Below, piece after piece: positions 41,008 through 51,322 of a DNA stretch of 51,322 nt (its first letter is position 1; the number at the start of each line of letters is the position of its first letter). The translations under genes were made by a program, and so were the position numbers. The stretch comes from Bacteroidales bacterium (lineage in GTDB: Bacteria > Bacteroidota > Bacteroidia > Bacteroidales > CAIWKO01), in assembly GCA_035389045.1 (NCBI GenBank), contig DAOORA010000028.1:1-51322 (forward strand), written 5' to 3'. Below the pieces are notes generated by a model. The model was not told the origin of the DNA and did not search any database. It saw only the letters and a program-made list of their open reading frames with translations.

Positions 41008-41642
41008 TTCAGAAACATATTGTTCTTTTTTTCGTTCCTGATTGTTGTGGCCGGGCCATGTCCCGGATACACCGTATAATCATCGTCCAGCGTCATCAGT
41101 TTGTTTTTTATACTGCTGATCAGCAGATCATAATCGCCGGTCGGGAGATCGGTACGGCCTATTCCGTCATTGAATAGCACATCCCCCGAAAAAACTATTT
41201 TTTGTGCATGGTTAACGAAACAAACGCTTCCTTCTGCATGGCCGGGGGTGTAAAGAATGTCAATTGTATCGCTGCAGAGGCTGATCTGTTCGCCTTCATT
41301 GATATAGCCGGCAGGCGTTATTATCCGTTTCAGGTCGAATCCGAAAACAGAGGCATACCCGACCGAAGCTCTCAGGAACTCTTTGCCCGCAGGGTGTATC
41401 CAGGCCCCGACACCAAATTTGTCTTCAAGATGCGCCACTCCGAGTATATGGTCGACATGACAGTGGGTGATGAGAAGTTTTTCAATTTTCAATTTTGATG
41501 TTTCAAGAAAAACATCAAAACTTTTTTGCTCAGCAGGTGTGTAACATCCGGGGTCTATAATGACACACTCGTTGTTTTGATTAGCCAATACGTAAGTATT
41601 CACGCCAAAAGCGTTAAACTGAAAGGTTTTTATGGTAAGCAT
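41004..41642 (-). CDS. MBL-fold metallo-hydrolase (glyoxalase II-like)
   Basis: IDPG, THCHVDH, TPGH, SGDVLF, GRTDL and PGHG motifs. Confidence 0.93.
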   Translation of the reverse strand: MLTIKTFQFNAFGVNTYVLANQNNECVIIDPGCYTPAEQKSFDVFLETSKLKIEKLLITHCHVDHILGVAHLEDKFGVGAWIHPAGKEFLRASVGYASVFGFDLKRIITPAGYINEGEQISLCSDTIDILYTPGHAEGSVCFVNHAQKIVFSGDVLFNDGIGRTDLPTGDYDLLISSIKNKLMTLDDDYTVYPGHGPATTIRNEKKNNMFLK

Positions 41643-41661
41643 TTTAATTTGTTGTTAATTG

Positions 41662-43302
41662 TTAGAAACTCGGGCAACTCTGAGCTCTCATTTTTTTCAT
41701 GGGAATGGAATAGTTTTTCGGATATTTTACGGTGTAGCCTGTTTTTAATGACAGCACTTTGCCCGGATCTATCGAAAAATTCCATTTCAGAAAACCGGTC
41801 AGCGGATTGTGTTCTGCACCGGATATCTCATCAATGGTGACTTCTATTTCCTGGCTGTTACTCACAGGTATTTGATCCTGAATTTCAATAACAACGGGCG
41901 TAGCGTGATTGTTTTTCAGAGTAAGTTCATAAACATAGGTTGCTTTTCGTTTTGTGCCGATCAGCATACGGCTGCTATAGTCTTTAAGTTTAACCCGGTC
42001 AACCTGGATACGGCTGTCGCGCCCGAGTGAGATCTGCAGGGTGTCTGAAATTTCGTTAGGATTGATGTAAGACTGGCCTACATAGGTTCCGTTCAGATAG
42101 ACATTGGCATAGCCCTCAACAAGGTTCAATTCTTCCCAGTCGTTGATGCAGGCCATCAGGAAGGCGCTTTTTTCAACAACAGGAACACAGATATAACGGT
42201 AGCCGGCGCTGACCGAATGTTCTTCAATATCAATGATGTAGGGCTGTGCATCCGAAGGTAGCGTATAACGGTTTTTGATGTTAAAATCAAAACTTAATTC
42301 TGGAACCTCAATCTGCTTGATCTTCACGGATTGTTGCTGAACTTTATTTTCTCCTTTGAATTTCTGGTCATATTCCTGGTCAGTGATCACTTCCTGGTTA
42401 TAAAATCCGGATTTGTCATATTTGACCTGGCTCACATAATTGGTCAGGTACCAGGTCTTCAGTTCAGGCACGGTAATATTCAGAGCAGGGTCGGTGGTGG
42501 AAAGTGTCAGCGCAACATCATTCCAGTCAATCCCCGAATTATTATACGCTTTGGCACGGTAATTCAGGATGATCGGTTTGCTGATATCTTCGCATTTCAG
42601 ATCGTAATACGGCATCCAGCCGGCATCCTTAACAACATAGGAAACATCTAAGGTGGCCGCCTGTGTGGTATTGGCGATTATCAGCAGCGAGACTTCCGAA
42701 CGTGAGGTCTTAAGTTTGGAATTGATTTCATTTGCCCTGACCTGCAAACGAGAAAGCAAGGTGGCGTTGGCATCCGAGTCGGCAGTCAACTCTGATAAGC
42801 GTTTGTTGATATCATAAATTCTCAACTGGAAAAAATCCGCGGCTTTTTGCAATTCAGTCACATTGACACCTGTGGATTGTCCGCCCAGTGACTGGTTTTT
42901 CAGCAGCATTTCTTTTTGTGTGGTCAACGCGTTTTTTTCATCATTTACAGCGGTGATTTTTTTTGTAATCAGCGTGATAGAATCATTAATAAGGATATGT
43001 TTCTGGTTTTCGCTTTCTACAAGAGAAGAATTTACTTTATGACTGATGGAAAGTACCGTTATATCTTCATCAGACCTTATCCTTATTGATGCAGGGTTCA
43101 AGGCGGGTGCAAGGTTTTCAAGCACCACTGTATTTCTTCCTTTGACAAGGTTTACATTCACTTTGTAACGCATCTGAGCGCCGGCCATGTATATAATGAC
43201 GTCATTAAGCTGAGGATTTAAACTGATGAGGTTTTCTTTCTGAGCAAGAATTGTTGCCGGATAAAGGATAACGGTCAGGATTAGAATAAGAATGTTTTTC
43301 AT
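41662..43302 (-). CDS. DUF4140/DUF4139 domain protein
   Basis: VIIYMAGA, AGWMPYYDL, NNSGIDW...LTLST and DQIPVS motifs; signal peptide. Confidence 0.85.
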   Translation of the reverse strand: MKNILILILTVILYPATILAQKENLISLNPQLNDVIIYMAGAQMRYKVNVNLVKGRNTVVLENLAPALNPASIRIRSDEDITVLSISHKVNSSLVESENQKHILINDSITLITKKITAVNDEKNALTTQKEMLLKNQSLGGQSTGVNVTELQKAADFFQLRIYDINKRLSELTADSDANATLLSRLQVRANEINSKLKTSRSEVSLLIIANTTQAATLDVSYVVKDAGWMPYYDLKCEDISKPIILNYRAKAYNNSGIDWNDVALTLSTTDPALNITVPELKTWYLTNYVSQVKYDKSGFYNQEVITDQEYDQKFKGENKVQQQSVKIKQIEVPELSFDFNIKNRYTLPSDAQPYIIDIEEHSVSAGYRYICVPVVEKSAFLMACINDWEELNLVEGYANVYLNGTYVGQSYINPNEISDTLQISLGRDSRIQVDRVKLKDYSSRMLIGTKRKATYVYELTLKNNHATPVVIEIQDQIPVSNSQEIEVTIDEISGAEHNPLTGFLKWNFSIDPGKVLSLKTGYTVKYPKNYSIPMKKMRAQSCPSF

Positions 43303-43435
43303 GGCTTTTTTTTATCAAAATTAATTAATTAGGCAAATATTAAGCAGTGGGAATGAAAAAACTGAGTAATTTTTTTATGCCAAAATTATTATGCAAAAAA
43401 GTTGGTCAATTTATTGAAAGTAAACTTAAAAAAAC

Positions 43436-43443
43436 TAATTTTG
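43436..43443 (+). promoter_or_regulatory. -7 promoter element (TAATTTTG) for the threonine catabolism operon
   Basis: TAnnTTTG match 35 nt before ATG 43479. Confidence 0.55.
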
Positions 43444-43478
43444 CCCGACTTAAAAAAATCATTAACTTAATCATTAAC

Positions 43479-44441
43479 ATGAAAAAAATACTTATTGTGG
43501 GAGCTGTCGGTCAGATCGGGTCCGAACTCACCATGGAACTCCGCAGAATTTATGGTAACGACAATGTTATTGCCAGTACACGTAAATCGCCGCCATCCGA
43601 AACCGTAGCCAATTCGGGGCCTTTTGAATATTTTGACATCCTGAACAAAACGGCGATGGCCGATGTGTGCAAAAAATACAATGTGGATTGCATCATCAAT
43701 ATGGCTGCTATCCTCTCGGCTGTCGGGGAACAAAACCCGCTGATGGCCTGGGATATCAATATGAACGGCTTGATCAACGTGCTGGAACTGGCACGTGAAA
43801 TGGAAATGTCACAGGTTCTCTGCCCGAGTTCCATTGCTGTATTCGGCCCCGGAACCCCTCTGGATTGTGCACCACAGGAAACCGTATTACATCCGTCAAC
43901 CATGTATGGGATTACGAAAGTTGCCGGAGAATTAATTTGTGATTATTATGTGAAAAAATACGGGCTTGATGTCCGCGGGCTGCGTTATCCCGGCATCATC
44001 AGCAATGAAACGCTGCCCGGCGGAGGCACTACAGATTACGCTGTGGCCATATATTACGATGCTGTAAAATACGGAAAATATACCTGCTTTGTAAAAGAAG
44101 ACACACGCCTTCCGATGATGTATATGCCTGACTGCCTGAAAGCTACCGTGGACCTGATGCAGGCGGATTTTGCCAAACTCAGGCATCATAGCGACTTCAA
44201 TGTGGGTGCCATGAGTTTTTCAGTAAAAGACCTTGCCGACAGCATTAAAAAATATATGCCTGATTTTACAATCACCTACGAACCTGATTTCCGCCAGGCC
44301 ATTGCCGACAGCTGGCCCGATGCAGTAGACGATACGGCAGCACGCGAAGAATGGGGATGGAAACCCAGTTACGACCTGGATGCTATGACACAGGATATGC
44401 TGAAGGTGATTGGTGAAAAACATAAAATAGGATTAATTTAA
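43479..44441 (+). CDS. L-threonine 3-dehydrogenase (extended SDR type)
   Basis: GAVGQIG, AILSAVGE, PSSIAVFG, YGITK and PGGGTTDYAV motifs; adjacent to kbl; start at MKKILIVG. Confidence 0.9.
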   Translation: MKKILIVGAVGQIGSELTMELRRIYGNDNVIASTRKSPPSETVANSGPFEYFDILNKTAMADVCKKYNVDCIINMAAILSAVGEQNPLMAWDINMNGLINVLELAREMEMSQVLCPSSIAVFGPGTPLDCAPQETVLHPSTMYGITKVAGELICDYYVKKYGLDVRGLRYPGIISNETLPGGGTTDYAVAIYYDAVKYGKYTCFVKEDTRLPMMYMPDCLKATVDLMQADFAKLRHHSDFNVGAMSFSVKDLADSIKKYMPDFTITYEPDFRQAIADSWPDAVDDTAAREEWGWKPSYDLDAMTQDMLKVIGEKHKIGLI

Positions 44442-44465
44442 TATTTAATACAAGGAGATTATAAT

Positions 44466-45713
44466 ATGCAAACAAAAATGAAAGCTTTTCTGGCAGAAGA
44501 ACTTAATAAACTGGAAGAGCAAAAACTTTTTAAACACGAACGTATCATCGAAAGCCCGCAAGGCGCTGAGATCGTCGTAAAAGGAAAAAAATGCCTGAAT
44601 TTCTGCGCTAACAATTACCTGGGACTTTCGTCACATCCCGAACTGATCAAAGCGGCGCACCAGGAAATTGATCACCGTGGTTATGGCCTGTCATCGGTTC
44701 GTTTTATATGCGGGACACAGGACATTCACAAAGAACTGGAACGCAAAGTTTCTGAGTTTTTAGGAATGGAAGACACTATATTGTTTTCGTCATGTTTTGA
44801 TGCTAATGGCGCCGTTTTTGAACCTTTACTCGGCGAAAATGATGCTATCATCACCGATGCCCTCAACCATGCTTCCATCATCGACGGTATCCGACTGTGC
44901 AAAGCCCAGCGCTGGATATATAAACATGGCGACATGCGCGATGTTGAAGAAATAGACCCTGCCAATGATAAAATGGCCAAAGGTCTGGAACGTTGTCTGA
45001 AAGAAGCACGCGAAAAAGGCTGCCGTTTTGTAATGATTGCCACTGATGGATCTTTCTCAATGGACGGTGACATTGCAAAATTAGATCAGATTTGCGACCT
45101 GGCTGAAAAATACGATGCCCTTGTGATGGTTGATGACAGCCATTCAACCGGTTTTCTCGGAAAGACAGGACGCGGAACACACGAATACCGCGGCGTGATG
45201 GGTAGAGTAGATATTATCACGACTACCTTTGGTAAAGCCTTAGGAGGAGCCTCCGGCGGATGTATTTCTTCAAGTAAGGAAATTATCAACTGGATGCGCA
45301 ACAAAGCACGTCCGTATTTGTTCTCAAACACTGTTGCACCGTCTGTCGTCGGGGCTACCATAAAAGTTATGGATATTTTGATGGGCAGTACCGAACTCCG
45401 GGACAAACTGGAACATAATACGAAATATTTCCGTACCAAAATGACGGAAGCCGGATTTGACATTGTTGCCGGTGATCATCCTATCGTTCCGATAATGTTT
45501 GGCAAATACCCGGATTGTTCGAAACTGGCGGTTGATTTTGCCAATAAAATGCTTGACGAAGGCATTTATGTTATAGCATTCTCATTCCCTGTGGTAGCCA
45601 AAGGAAAAGACCGCATCCGTGTTCAGATATCAGCAGGACACGAAATGGAACATATCGACAAAGCTATTGCTGCATTTACCAAAGTCGGAAAAGAATTAGG
45701 AATGATCAAATAG
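44466..45713 (+). CDS. kbl: 2-amino-3-ketobutyrate CoA ligase (glycine C-acetyltransferase)
   Basis: NFCANNYLGL, SVRFICGTQ, LNHASIIDG, VDDSH, FGKALGG and RPYLFSN motifs. Confidence 0.96.
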   Translation: MQTKMKAFLAEELNKLEEQKLFKHERIIESPQGAEIVVKGKKCLNFCANNYLGLSSHPELIKAAHQEIDHRGYGLSSVRFICGTQDIHKELERKVSEFLGMEDTILFSSCFDANGAVFEPLLGENDAIITDALNHASIIDGIRLCKAQRWIYKHGDMRDVEEIDPANDKMAKGLERCLKEAREKGCRFVMIATDGSFSMDGDIAKLDQICDLAEKYDALVMVDDSHSTGFLGKTGRGTHEYRGVMGRVDIITTTFGKALGGASGGCISSSKEIINWMRNKARPYLFSNTVAPSVVGATIKVMDILMGSTELRDKLEHNTKYFRTKMTEAGFDIVAGDHPIVPIMFGKYPDCSKLAVDFANKMLDEGIYVIAFSFPVVAKGKDRIRVQISAGHEMEHIDKAIAAFTKVGKELGMIK

Positions 45714-45732
45714 TTTTTGGTTTTTGATTAAT

Positions 45733-45761
45733 AAAAAGGGTGGCTTATGCTGCCCTTTTTT
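45733..45761 (+). terminator. Rho-independent terminator after kbl
   Basis: AAAAAGGGTGGC-TTAT-GCTGCCCTTTTTT hairpin (two G-U pairs) followed by a U-tract. Confidence 0.75.
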
Positions 45762-45797
45762 GTTCAGGGTCTTATTTTAAATATAACAGAAGCATTT

Positions 45798-46694
45798 ATG
45801 TTTTCAGTTCACATTGGGGAATTTGCAGCATTGTTTACGGCCTGTTGCTGGACGGTTACTGCGCTTGCTTTTGAATCAGCGAGCAACAAGGTCGGTTCCA
45901 TTGCTGTCAACCTGTTGCGTCTGGCTCTTGCACTGGTTTTTCTGAGTATTTTCTGTTATATAACACGGGGGCGTTTTTTTCCTTCTGATGCCGGAGAAGA
46001 ATCCTGGCTGTGGCTTTCTCTTTCGGGACTGATTGGTTTTGTTATCGGCGATCTTTTTCTTTTTGAATCCTATACCATCATCGGTTCGAGGGTGGCCATG
46101 CTGATCATGACGCTGGTGCCGCCTATGACTGCTTTTTTAAGCTGGCTCATGCTTGGCGAAACCATGACACTGTTTAATTTCTTAGGAATGGCACTGACGC
46201 TTGGTGGGATTGCTGTAGTGATAGTAAATAAAGGAACAGGCGACACAATGTTCTCCGTAACTCATTCACTGAGGGGCATTTTATTTGCCTTTATAGGAGC
46301 TGTCGGACAGGCGGTAGGCCTGGTGTTCAGCAAGGTGGGTATGGGCGACTACAACGCCTTTGCAGCCACACAGATACGGATTATCACCGGGATCATTGGT
46401 TTTGTTATTGTCATTACGATATGGAAAAAGTGGCGTAATGTTGGAAATGCGGTAAAAAATGTTTCAGCAATAAAACGCATCGGTTTAGGCTCGGTCTTCG
46501 GGCCATTTCTGGGCGTTTCATTTTCATTATTTGCAGTTCAGCATGCCAATGCCGGCATTGCATCGACCATCATGGCAATAGTCCCCGTGCTTATTATTCC
46601 GGCATCTGTAATTTTTATGCATCAGAAAGTGACGTTGAAAGAGATCATCGGCGCTGTTATCAGCGTCTGCGGGGTGGCGTTATTTTTTTTGTAG
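45798..46694 (+). CDS. DMT/EamA family transporter
   Basis: About 10 hydrophobic segments in two repeats; start moved to MFSVHIG because the upstream ATG lies inside the terminator. Confidence 0.88.
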   Translation: MFSVHIGEFAALFTACCWTVTALAFESASNKVGSIAVNLLRLALALVFLSIFCYITRGRFFPSDAGEESWLWLSLSGLIGFVIGDLFLFESYTIIGSRVAMLIMTLVPPMTAFLSWLMLGETMTLFNFLGMALTLGGIAVVIVNKGTGDTMFSVTHSLRGILFAFIGAVGQAVGLVFSKVGMGDYNAFAATQIRIITGIIGFVIVITIWKKWRNVGNAVKNVSAIKRIGLGSVFGPFLGVSFSLFAVQHANAGIASTIMAIVPVLIIPASVIFMHQKVTLKEIIGAVISVCGVALFFL

Positions 46695-46701
46695 GAATGT
46701 T

Positions 46702-47901
46702 TTACTGGTGATTGCCCAATTCATTTATTGCTGTCCATGCCATAAAACCCATTCCGGTTTCGAGGCTGCTTTCGTCAACGGTGAACCCGGAGGTGTGCAG
46801 GTTGGATATCTCTTTGTTTTTGGGGTTTTTTACGCCTAAACGGTAAAAGCATGAAGGCAGGGTATGCGAAAAATAGGCAAAATCTTCAGCGGTCATCCTC
46901 AGGTCAATCTCCTCGACATTGTCTTCACCGAGATAATCTTTGGCATAACGCATCAGCCGGTGTGTGAGGGTTTCATCATTGAACAGGAACGGGTATCCTT
47001 TGTCAATGAATATTTTGCATGTGGCGCCATAGGATTCTGCAATGCCCTTCGCCAGCTTTACAATTTTTTCATGAGCAGATTTCCGCCAGTTCTCGTCCAC
47101 GGTACGGAACGTGCCTTCGATAAACACTTCATCAGGGATGACGTTTGTTTTTCCGTTGGCCGACAGACGGCCGAACGAAAGCACGGTGGGAATAGTGGGA
47201 GTAGCCATCCGGCTGACAAGCTGCTGTAAACCGATAATGATATGGGATGCCACCACCACCGGATCAACCAGAAGCTCAGGTGTGGCAGCGTGACCACCCT
47301 TGCCGATGACATTGATGTAAACCTCATCAGTCGAAGCCATTGATTTTCCGTGTTTAAATCCCAGTTTTCCGGCATTGATGCCGGGATGTACATGCTGACC
47401 TATCATGCAGCTGACTTTTGGATTTTCAAGTACACCTTCCATGATCATCTGTATGGCGCCTCCGGGATATTTTTCTTCGGATGGCTGAAAAATGATCTTA
47501 ATACTTCCTTCAAACTGGTCTTTTATTTTGTTTAAAATAATGGCTGCGCCAACGAGCGAAGCCATGTGGACGTCATGTCCGCATGCATGCATCTTTCCTT
47601 CATGGTGCGAACTGTAATCCGTCATGGTTCTTTCGCTGATCTGCAGGGCATCCATGTCAGCACGGAGACCTATGGTTTTTTTGCCGGGATTTTTGCCGTT
47701 AATGATAGCGACAATACCTGTTTTGGCCATGCCCCGCTGATAGGTTATACCTGCTTTATCCAGTTCAGCGCAGATGATATCTCCGGTTTTGATTTCTTCA
47801 AAAGCAAGTTCCGGGTAGGAATGAAGCAGCCGGCGCAGCGTTATTATATCCTCAAGGATGTCTTTGGAAAATTTCCGGATTTTGTTTTTATATTCCTTCA
47901 T
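46702..47901 (-). CDS. M20D family amidohydrolase
   Basis: HSYPEL, LRADMDAL, MHACGHD, FQPSEE, GGHAA, AEDF and LHT motifs; start at MKEYK. Confidence 0.93.
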   Translation of the reverse strand: MKEYKNKIRKFSKDILEDIITLRRLLHSYPELAFEEIKTGDIICAELDKAGITYQRGMAKTGIVAIINGKNPGKKTIGLRADMDALQISERTMTDYSSHHEGKMHACGHDVHMASLVGAAIILNKIKDQFEGSIKIIFQPSEEKYPGGAIQMIMEGVLENPKVSCMIGQHVHPGINAGKLGFKHGKSMASTDEVYINVIGKGGHAATPELLVDPVVVASHIIIGLQQLVSRMATPTIPTVLSFGRLSANGKTNVIPDEVFIEGTFRTVDENWRKSAHEKIVKLAKGIAESYGATCKIFIDKGYPFLFNDETLTHRLMRYAKDYLGEDNVEEIDLRMTAEDFAYFSHTLPSCFYRLGVKNPKNKEISNLHTSGFTVDESSLETGMGFMAWTAINELGNHQ

Positions 47902-47914
47902 AGTGATCGATAAG

Positions 47915-50900
47915 TTAGAAATCTGTGCTGAGTGAGATATAGAATACAGGTTTCTGTATAATGCCATTTTCAACACCCCAGGCATAATCCGCACGGATAA
48001 AATATCCCAGAAGTTTTGTTCTTAAGCCTACGCCGAATCCACCGATCAGGGGATCGCGTTTTTTGATGAGCGTCACCTGTAAAGGCCCTCGTTGTATGAC
48101 TTGTTTGGCCAGGGTGTTTTCTTCAGAATAGGGATTTGTTCCGACCCAGGCAGTTCCCAGATCACCAAATCCTATAATCTGTAAGTTAGTCAGAAAATTG
48201 TTTTTTAATGGTTTTTTCGAAAAATAACGAACAATGGGAAAACGAAGTTCGCTGTTAAGCACCGCAAAAGTAGGACCGTTGCGTGCGTTCTGGATAAAAC
48301 CACGCATGTTGGTCGCTAAGGTTTGGTAAGCATAATTCTGGGTCTGTGAAACCTGGTTATCGTTATTGAATTTGGGGATGATCCATGTATCAACGCCGCC
48401 CATGTAATACACCAGTTTGTTATTGCCGAACGAAGTGCTGGCGGCAAGACGGTTGGCCCAGATGAATGTGCGGTGAATCTTCTGATAATGGCGGAAATCA
48501 AATCCCAGTACAACAAGGTTGTTGAATTTCTTATTTATCATCTGATAATATTCTCCAAAGATCTTCCATCGCCAGCCATAATAAATATTGATGGCCTTGA
48601 ACCGGGTATTGTCGTAAACCAGCTCAGTTTTGGCTCCTGCCCAGTATTCATTGATATTGGGCTGTTTCAGGTTGTACACATCCGTGGAGGCATAAATTTT
48701 CTTGTCGTAACGCGCCATCAGTGTTCCTTTAACAGCCAGCACCCTTGAAAAGGGCCACTTCATAACATAAAACAATGAATTGGAACGTAGTTTAATTATG
48801 GAATATTCATCGGAGGTGGTGTTTGCCTGACGATAATAAAAGAGTCCGTGGTCGAGTTTCTTTTTAAGATTTTCAAAGCCAATAAAAAATTCATTGTTGT
48901 CGAAACTCAAAGAGAAACTTATCCCTCCTGATATGCGGTAATCTTCGAGCAGATCGATCACGCCAAGCTGAAAAGAGACATTTAACCCCGGATTTAGGAA
49001 AATAGGGGAGTTGCCCCCGGTGAACTGCTGGTACATCGTGTTCAGGTAGTTGAAATCAATTTGTCCCACAAGCTGGTTTATCGAATATTCTACATTGTAA
49101 TTCTGTTGGCGCGGAAGGGTAAATGTTTTCTTTTTCTGCAGTGAAGAATCCTGGCCGGCAGCGTTCAGATATTTTTGTTCGTTGCTGAAAATATAATTAT
49201 TGATGTCTACCTTTCCGGTATCTGCAGCATTATCCAGCTGATCAATCAGTACGTTGTTGTTCTTGGGATATCTGCTCTTGTTTTTCCGGCTTTTTATTTT
49301 CTCTATTTCTTCGGTGTTAATAAGCGAGTTGTCCTGAACGGCTTTTTCCTGTTGGTTTTTCAGATATATTGTACGGTTAAATGTATTAGTTGGATTGGTT
49401 TTTTTTATATCTTTTGCGATAGGTAAATCCTGAAAAAAGATCTTGTATTTTCCTTCAGAAAAAATCACTTCTGCTGATTTTCCTGCTTTTCCGGCTATGT
49501 CCTGTTCCAGAATGTTTCTGTTGTAATCGGAAGCTGCAAACGAGGTTGTATAATACCGGTAATGCGTGGTGGTATCGATGTAACTTATGGTGCTGTCGAT
49601 ACGGGCCAGATAACGGTTAAAAATGCCATTTTCATCAGACAGATAAGTGAAAAAACGGTTGTCGTACTGCATCGGCATGATTTCGTTGGTGTACTCTGTA
49701 TTGGTGAGTCGCCGGAGCAGTTTCTCTTTTTTTCTGTAATCATAAATAAAAATGTCGGTATGAGATGGCAGTTGTGAAATAGTATCTTTCTCTGTATCCA
49801 TAAAGGTCATCACATCGTAACGGATGGTGTCGTCAATTCGGTTTGAACTGAAGATTATTTCAGAAGAGTTATTTACAAAACGAGGGTTAAGATCGTCATA
49901 AATATCTTTGGTTATGGGCTCGTAGGTATGGGCTGCCACGCTGTATACATATATGTCGGACTGCCCCTGTACAACGCCTGAAAAAACGATCATTTTGCCA
50001 TTCTGCGAAAAGGATAGATCAAGAATTTTTTCAAGGTTAAAAAGCTGTTGTTTTTCAAATTTATTCTCATCCATCATGTAAGAATACATCATGATTTTAC
50101 CTTTGGATTCAAGAACGATGGCTAACATTTTTCCGGTCGGATGCCATGCGAGCAGCGGATATGAGTAATCAATTTTTTCATCAAGTTTACATTCCCGTTT
50201 AAAGATTTGCCTGGTTTTGTTTTTTTCCAGATCAAAAAGCCATATACGGTATTGTCCCATAAAGTTTGTGGTATAGGCGGCATATTTTCCATCCGGGCTT
50301 ATTTTTGCCTGTCCGTACGCAGTGTTTTTTTTGAATTTTTTCAGCAGGGCCGTTTCTCCGGGACGTTGCCGGTTCTGATCGTCGGCTGTGTATTGCTGTT
50401 CATAATAGGCTAACCATTCTTTTGAAAGATTTTTAAATGATACCCCCAGCACATAGAGAAACCCGCTCTCAACGTTACGGCTGACCTTGGTCAGGTATAC
50501 AATGTTGGTAATGGCAGAGGGGCCATATTTATCCGCTACATATTTCCAGATAGAATGTCCGGCATATACGGCATCATCACCCGAAAGACTGTTGTATCTT
50601 TTAAAAGCGCCTCTCAGGATACCATCCTTTACATGATTATCGAGTTGTGTGTTCCATTCTTCCGAAATGTATGAAATCAGCCCCTGTGAATACCATGCCG
50701 GTAAAGAGAGCAAAGCTGAATTTTTGATCATAGCAGTGAGCTTGCCCCCGTACATCATTTCGTCGATAATCACCTGTGCCATACCGGCACGTATCTGTTT
50801 TTCAAAATCGGTATGGCTGCCGTTGAAATATAAAAAAACTTTGGTTCCGACAATATGTGTCACACCGCCGATGTTGTAATTCACGTCACTGATGAGCCCG

Positions 50901-51229
50901 ATGTTGCTTTCCTGTAGTTCAGAAAATTTGTTATAGATGATAAACTGGATTTTGTCTTCAAGTGTATATTCCAGTTTGCTTTCTATTTCTTTAAGATATT
51001 TATCGGCATATTTGGCGGTATAAACGGCCAACTCTTTCCCGTTCAGATAAAAGTAAGTATCGAAATGATCAAAACGCATGAACGACCAGAAACGGTCAGA
51101 AAACTGAACACGGTTTTTGCCGAAATTCAGCTGGGAACCGTTATAAAACTGTGCATGGACAGAGATTTTATTGGTAATCAGCAATGTCAGGATTATTCCG
51201 GTTAGCAGGGCTTTATGTACTTTGGGCAT
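47915..51229 (-). CDS. Outer-membrane protein with a peptidase-MA-like N-domain, PD40/TolB-like propeller and C-terminal Omp85-like barrel
   Basis: FGKNRVQ; ISPDGK, AWHPTGK and SFSQNGK repeats; NMRGF, NSELRFP and RADYAWG; terminal Phe. Start is 51229 or GTG 51235. Confidence 0.75.
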   Translation of the reverse strand: MPKVHKALLTGIILTLLITNKISVHAQFYNGSQLNFGKNRVQFSDRFWSFMRFDHFDTYFYLNGKELAVYTAKYADKYLKEIESKLEYTLEDKIQFIIYNKFSELQESNIGLISDVNYNIGGVTHIVGTKVFLYFNGSHTDFEKQIRAGMAQVIIDEMMYGGKLTAMIKNSALLSLPAWYSQGLISYISEEWNTQLDNHVKDGILRGAFKRYNSLSGDDAVYAGHSIWKYVADKYGPSAITNIVYLTKVSRNVESGFLYVLGVSFKNLSKEWLAYYEQQYTADDQNRQRPGETALLKKFKKNTAYGQAKISPDGKYAAYTTNFMGQYRIWLFDLEKNKTRQIFKRECKLDEKIDYSYPLLAWHPTGKMLAIVLESKGKIMMYSYMMDENKFEKQQLFNLEKILDLSFSQNGKMIVFSGVVQGQSDIYVYSVAAHTYEPITKDIYDDLNPRFVNNSSEIIFSSNRIDDTIRYDVMTFMDTEKDTISQLPSHTDIFIYDYRKKEKLLRRLTNTEYTNEIMPMQYDNRFFTYLSDENGIFNRYLARIDSTISYIDTTTHYRYYTTSFAASDYNRNILEQDIAGKAGKSAEVIFSEGKYKIFFQDLPIAKDIKKTNPTNTFNRTIYLKNQQEKAVQDNSLINTEEIEKIKSRKNKSRYPKNNNVLIDQLDNAADTGKVDINNYIFSNEQKYLNAAGQDSSLQKKKTFTLPRQQNYNVEYSINQLVGQIDFNYLNTMYQQFTGGNSPIFLNPGLNVSFQLGVIDLLEDYRISGGISFSLSFDNNEFFIGFENLKKKLDHGLFYYRQANTTSDEYSIIKLRSNSLFYVMKWPFSRVLAVKGTLMARYDKKIYASTDVYNLKQPNINEYWAGAKTELVYDNTRFKAINIYYGWRWKIFGEYYQMINKKFNNLVVLGFDFRHYQKIHRTFIWANRLAASTSFGNNKLVYYMGGVDTWIIPKFNNDNQVSQTQNYAYQTLATNMRGFIQNARNGPTFAVLNSELRFPIVRYFSKKPLKNNFLTNLQIIGFGDLGTAWVGTNPYSEENTLAKQVIQRGPLQVTLIKKRDPLIGGFGVGLRTKLLGYFIRADYAWGVENGIIQKPVFYISLSTDF

Positions 51230-51322
51230 GATCACTCCTCAATAGAGGTGTAAAGTTACAATATTTTGCTTAGAAACTGTTTTGATTTTATGTTACATAA
51301 GATTTATGATGGATTTTTTAGC

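Noticed and set aside
43375..43478. Short direct repeats (TTATGC x2, AATCATTAAC x2) before the threonine dehydrogenase gene
   Set aside because: Low complexity and too short to support a regulatory call.

Overview
Core-genome region of a Bacteroidota bacterium, probably Bacteroidales-like. The evidence is the TAnnTTTG promoters, T9SS cargo proteins and the guaB-PPIase-surA and holB-ricT-gldH synteny. Housekeeping genes: tatD, cysS, etfBA, an M16 peptidase pair, guaB, three SurA/parvulin-type genes, MoxR, holB, ricT, gldH, PBP1A, purF, threonine dehydrogenase-kbl, an EamA transporter, an M20 hydrolase and an Omp85/TolB-like protein. Accessory features: (i) a 1768-aa T9SS protein with an internal ~255-aa tandem duplication and a dockerin-like/cohesin-like tail, plus a probable paralogue starting at the left edge; (ii) a coupled CBM/FG-GAP-like gene and divergent GH16 lipoprotein gene opposite a GT2; (iii) an AT-rich islet between etfA and the M16 genes holding a stand-alone HEPN-motif gene, an Asp-box T9SS protein and a RAYT transposase flanked by inverted REP-like palindromes; (iv) two further palindromic intergenic elements (13120-13187 and 21554-21731). 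No rRNA, tRNA or CRISPR array was seen. All calls come from reading motifs by eye; no searches were run.
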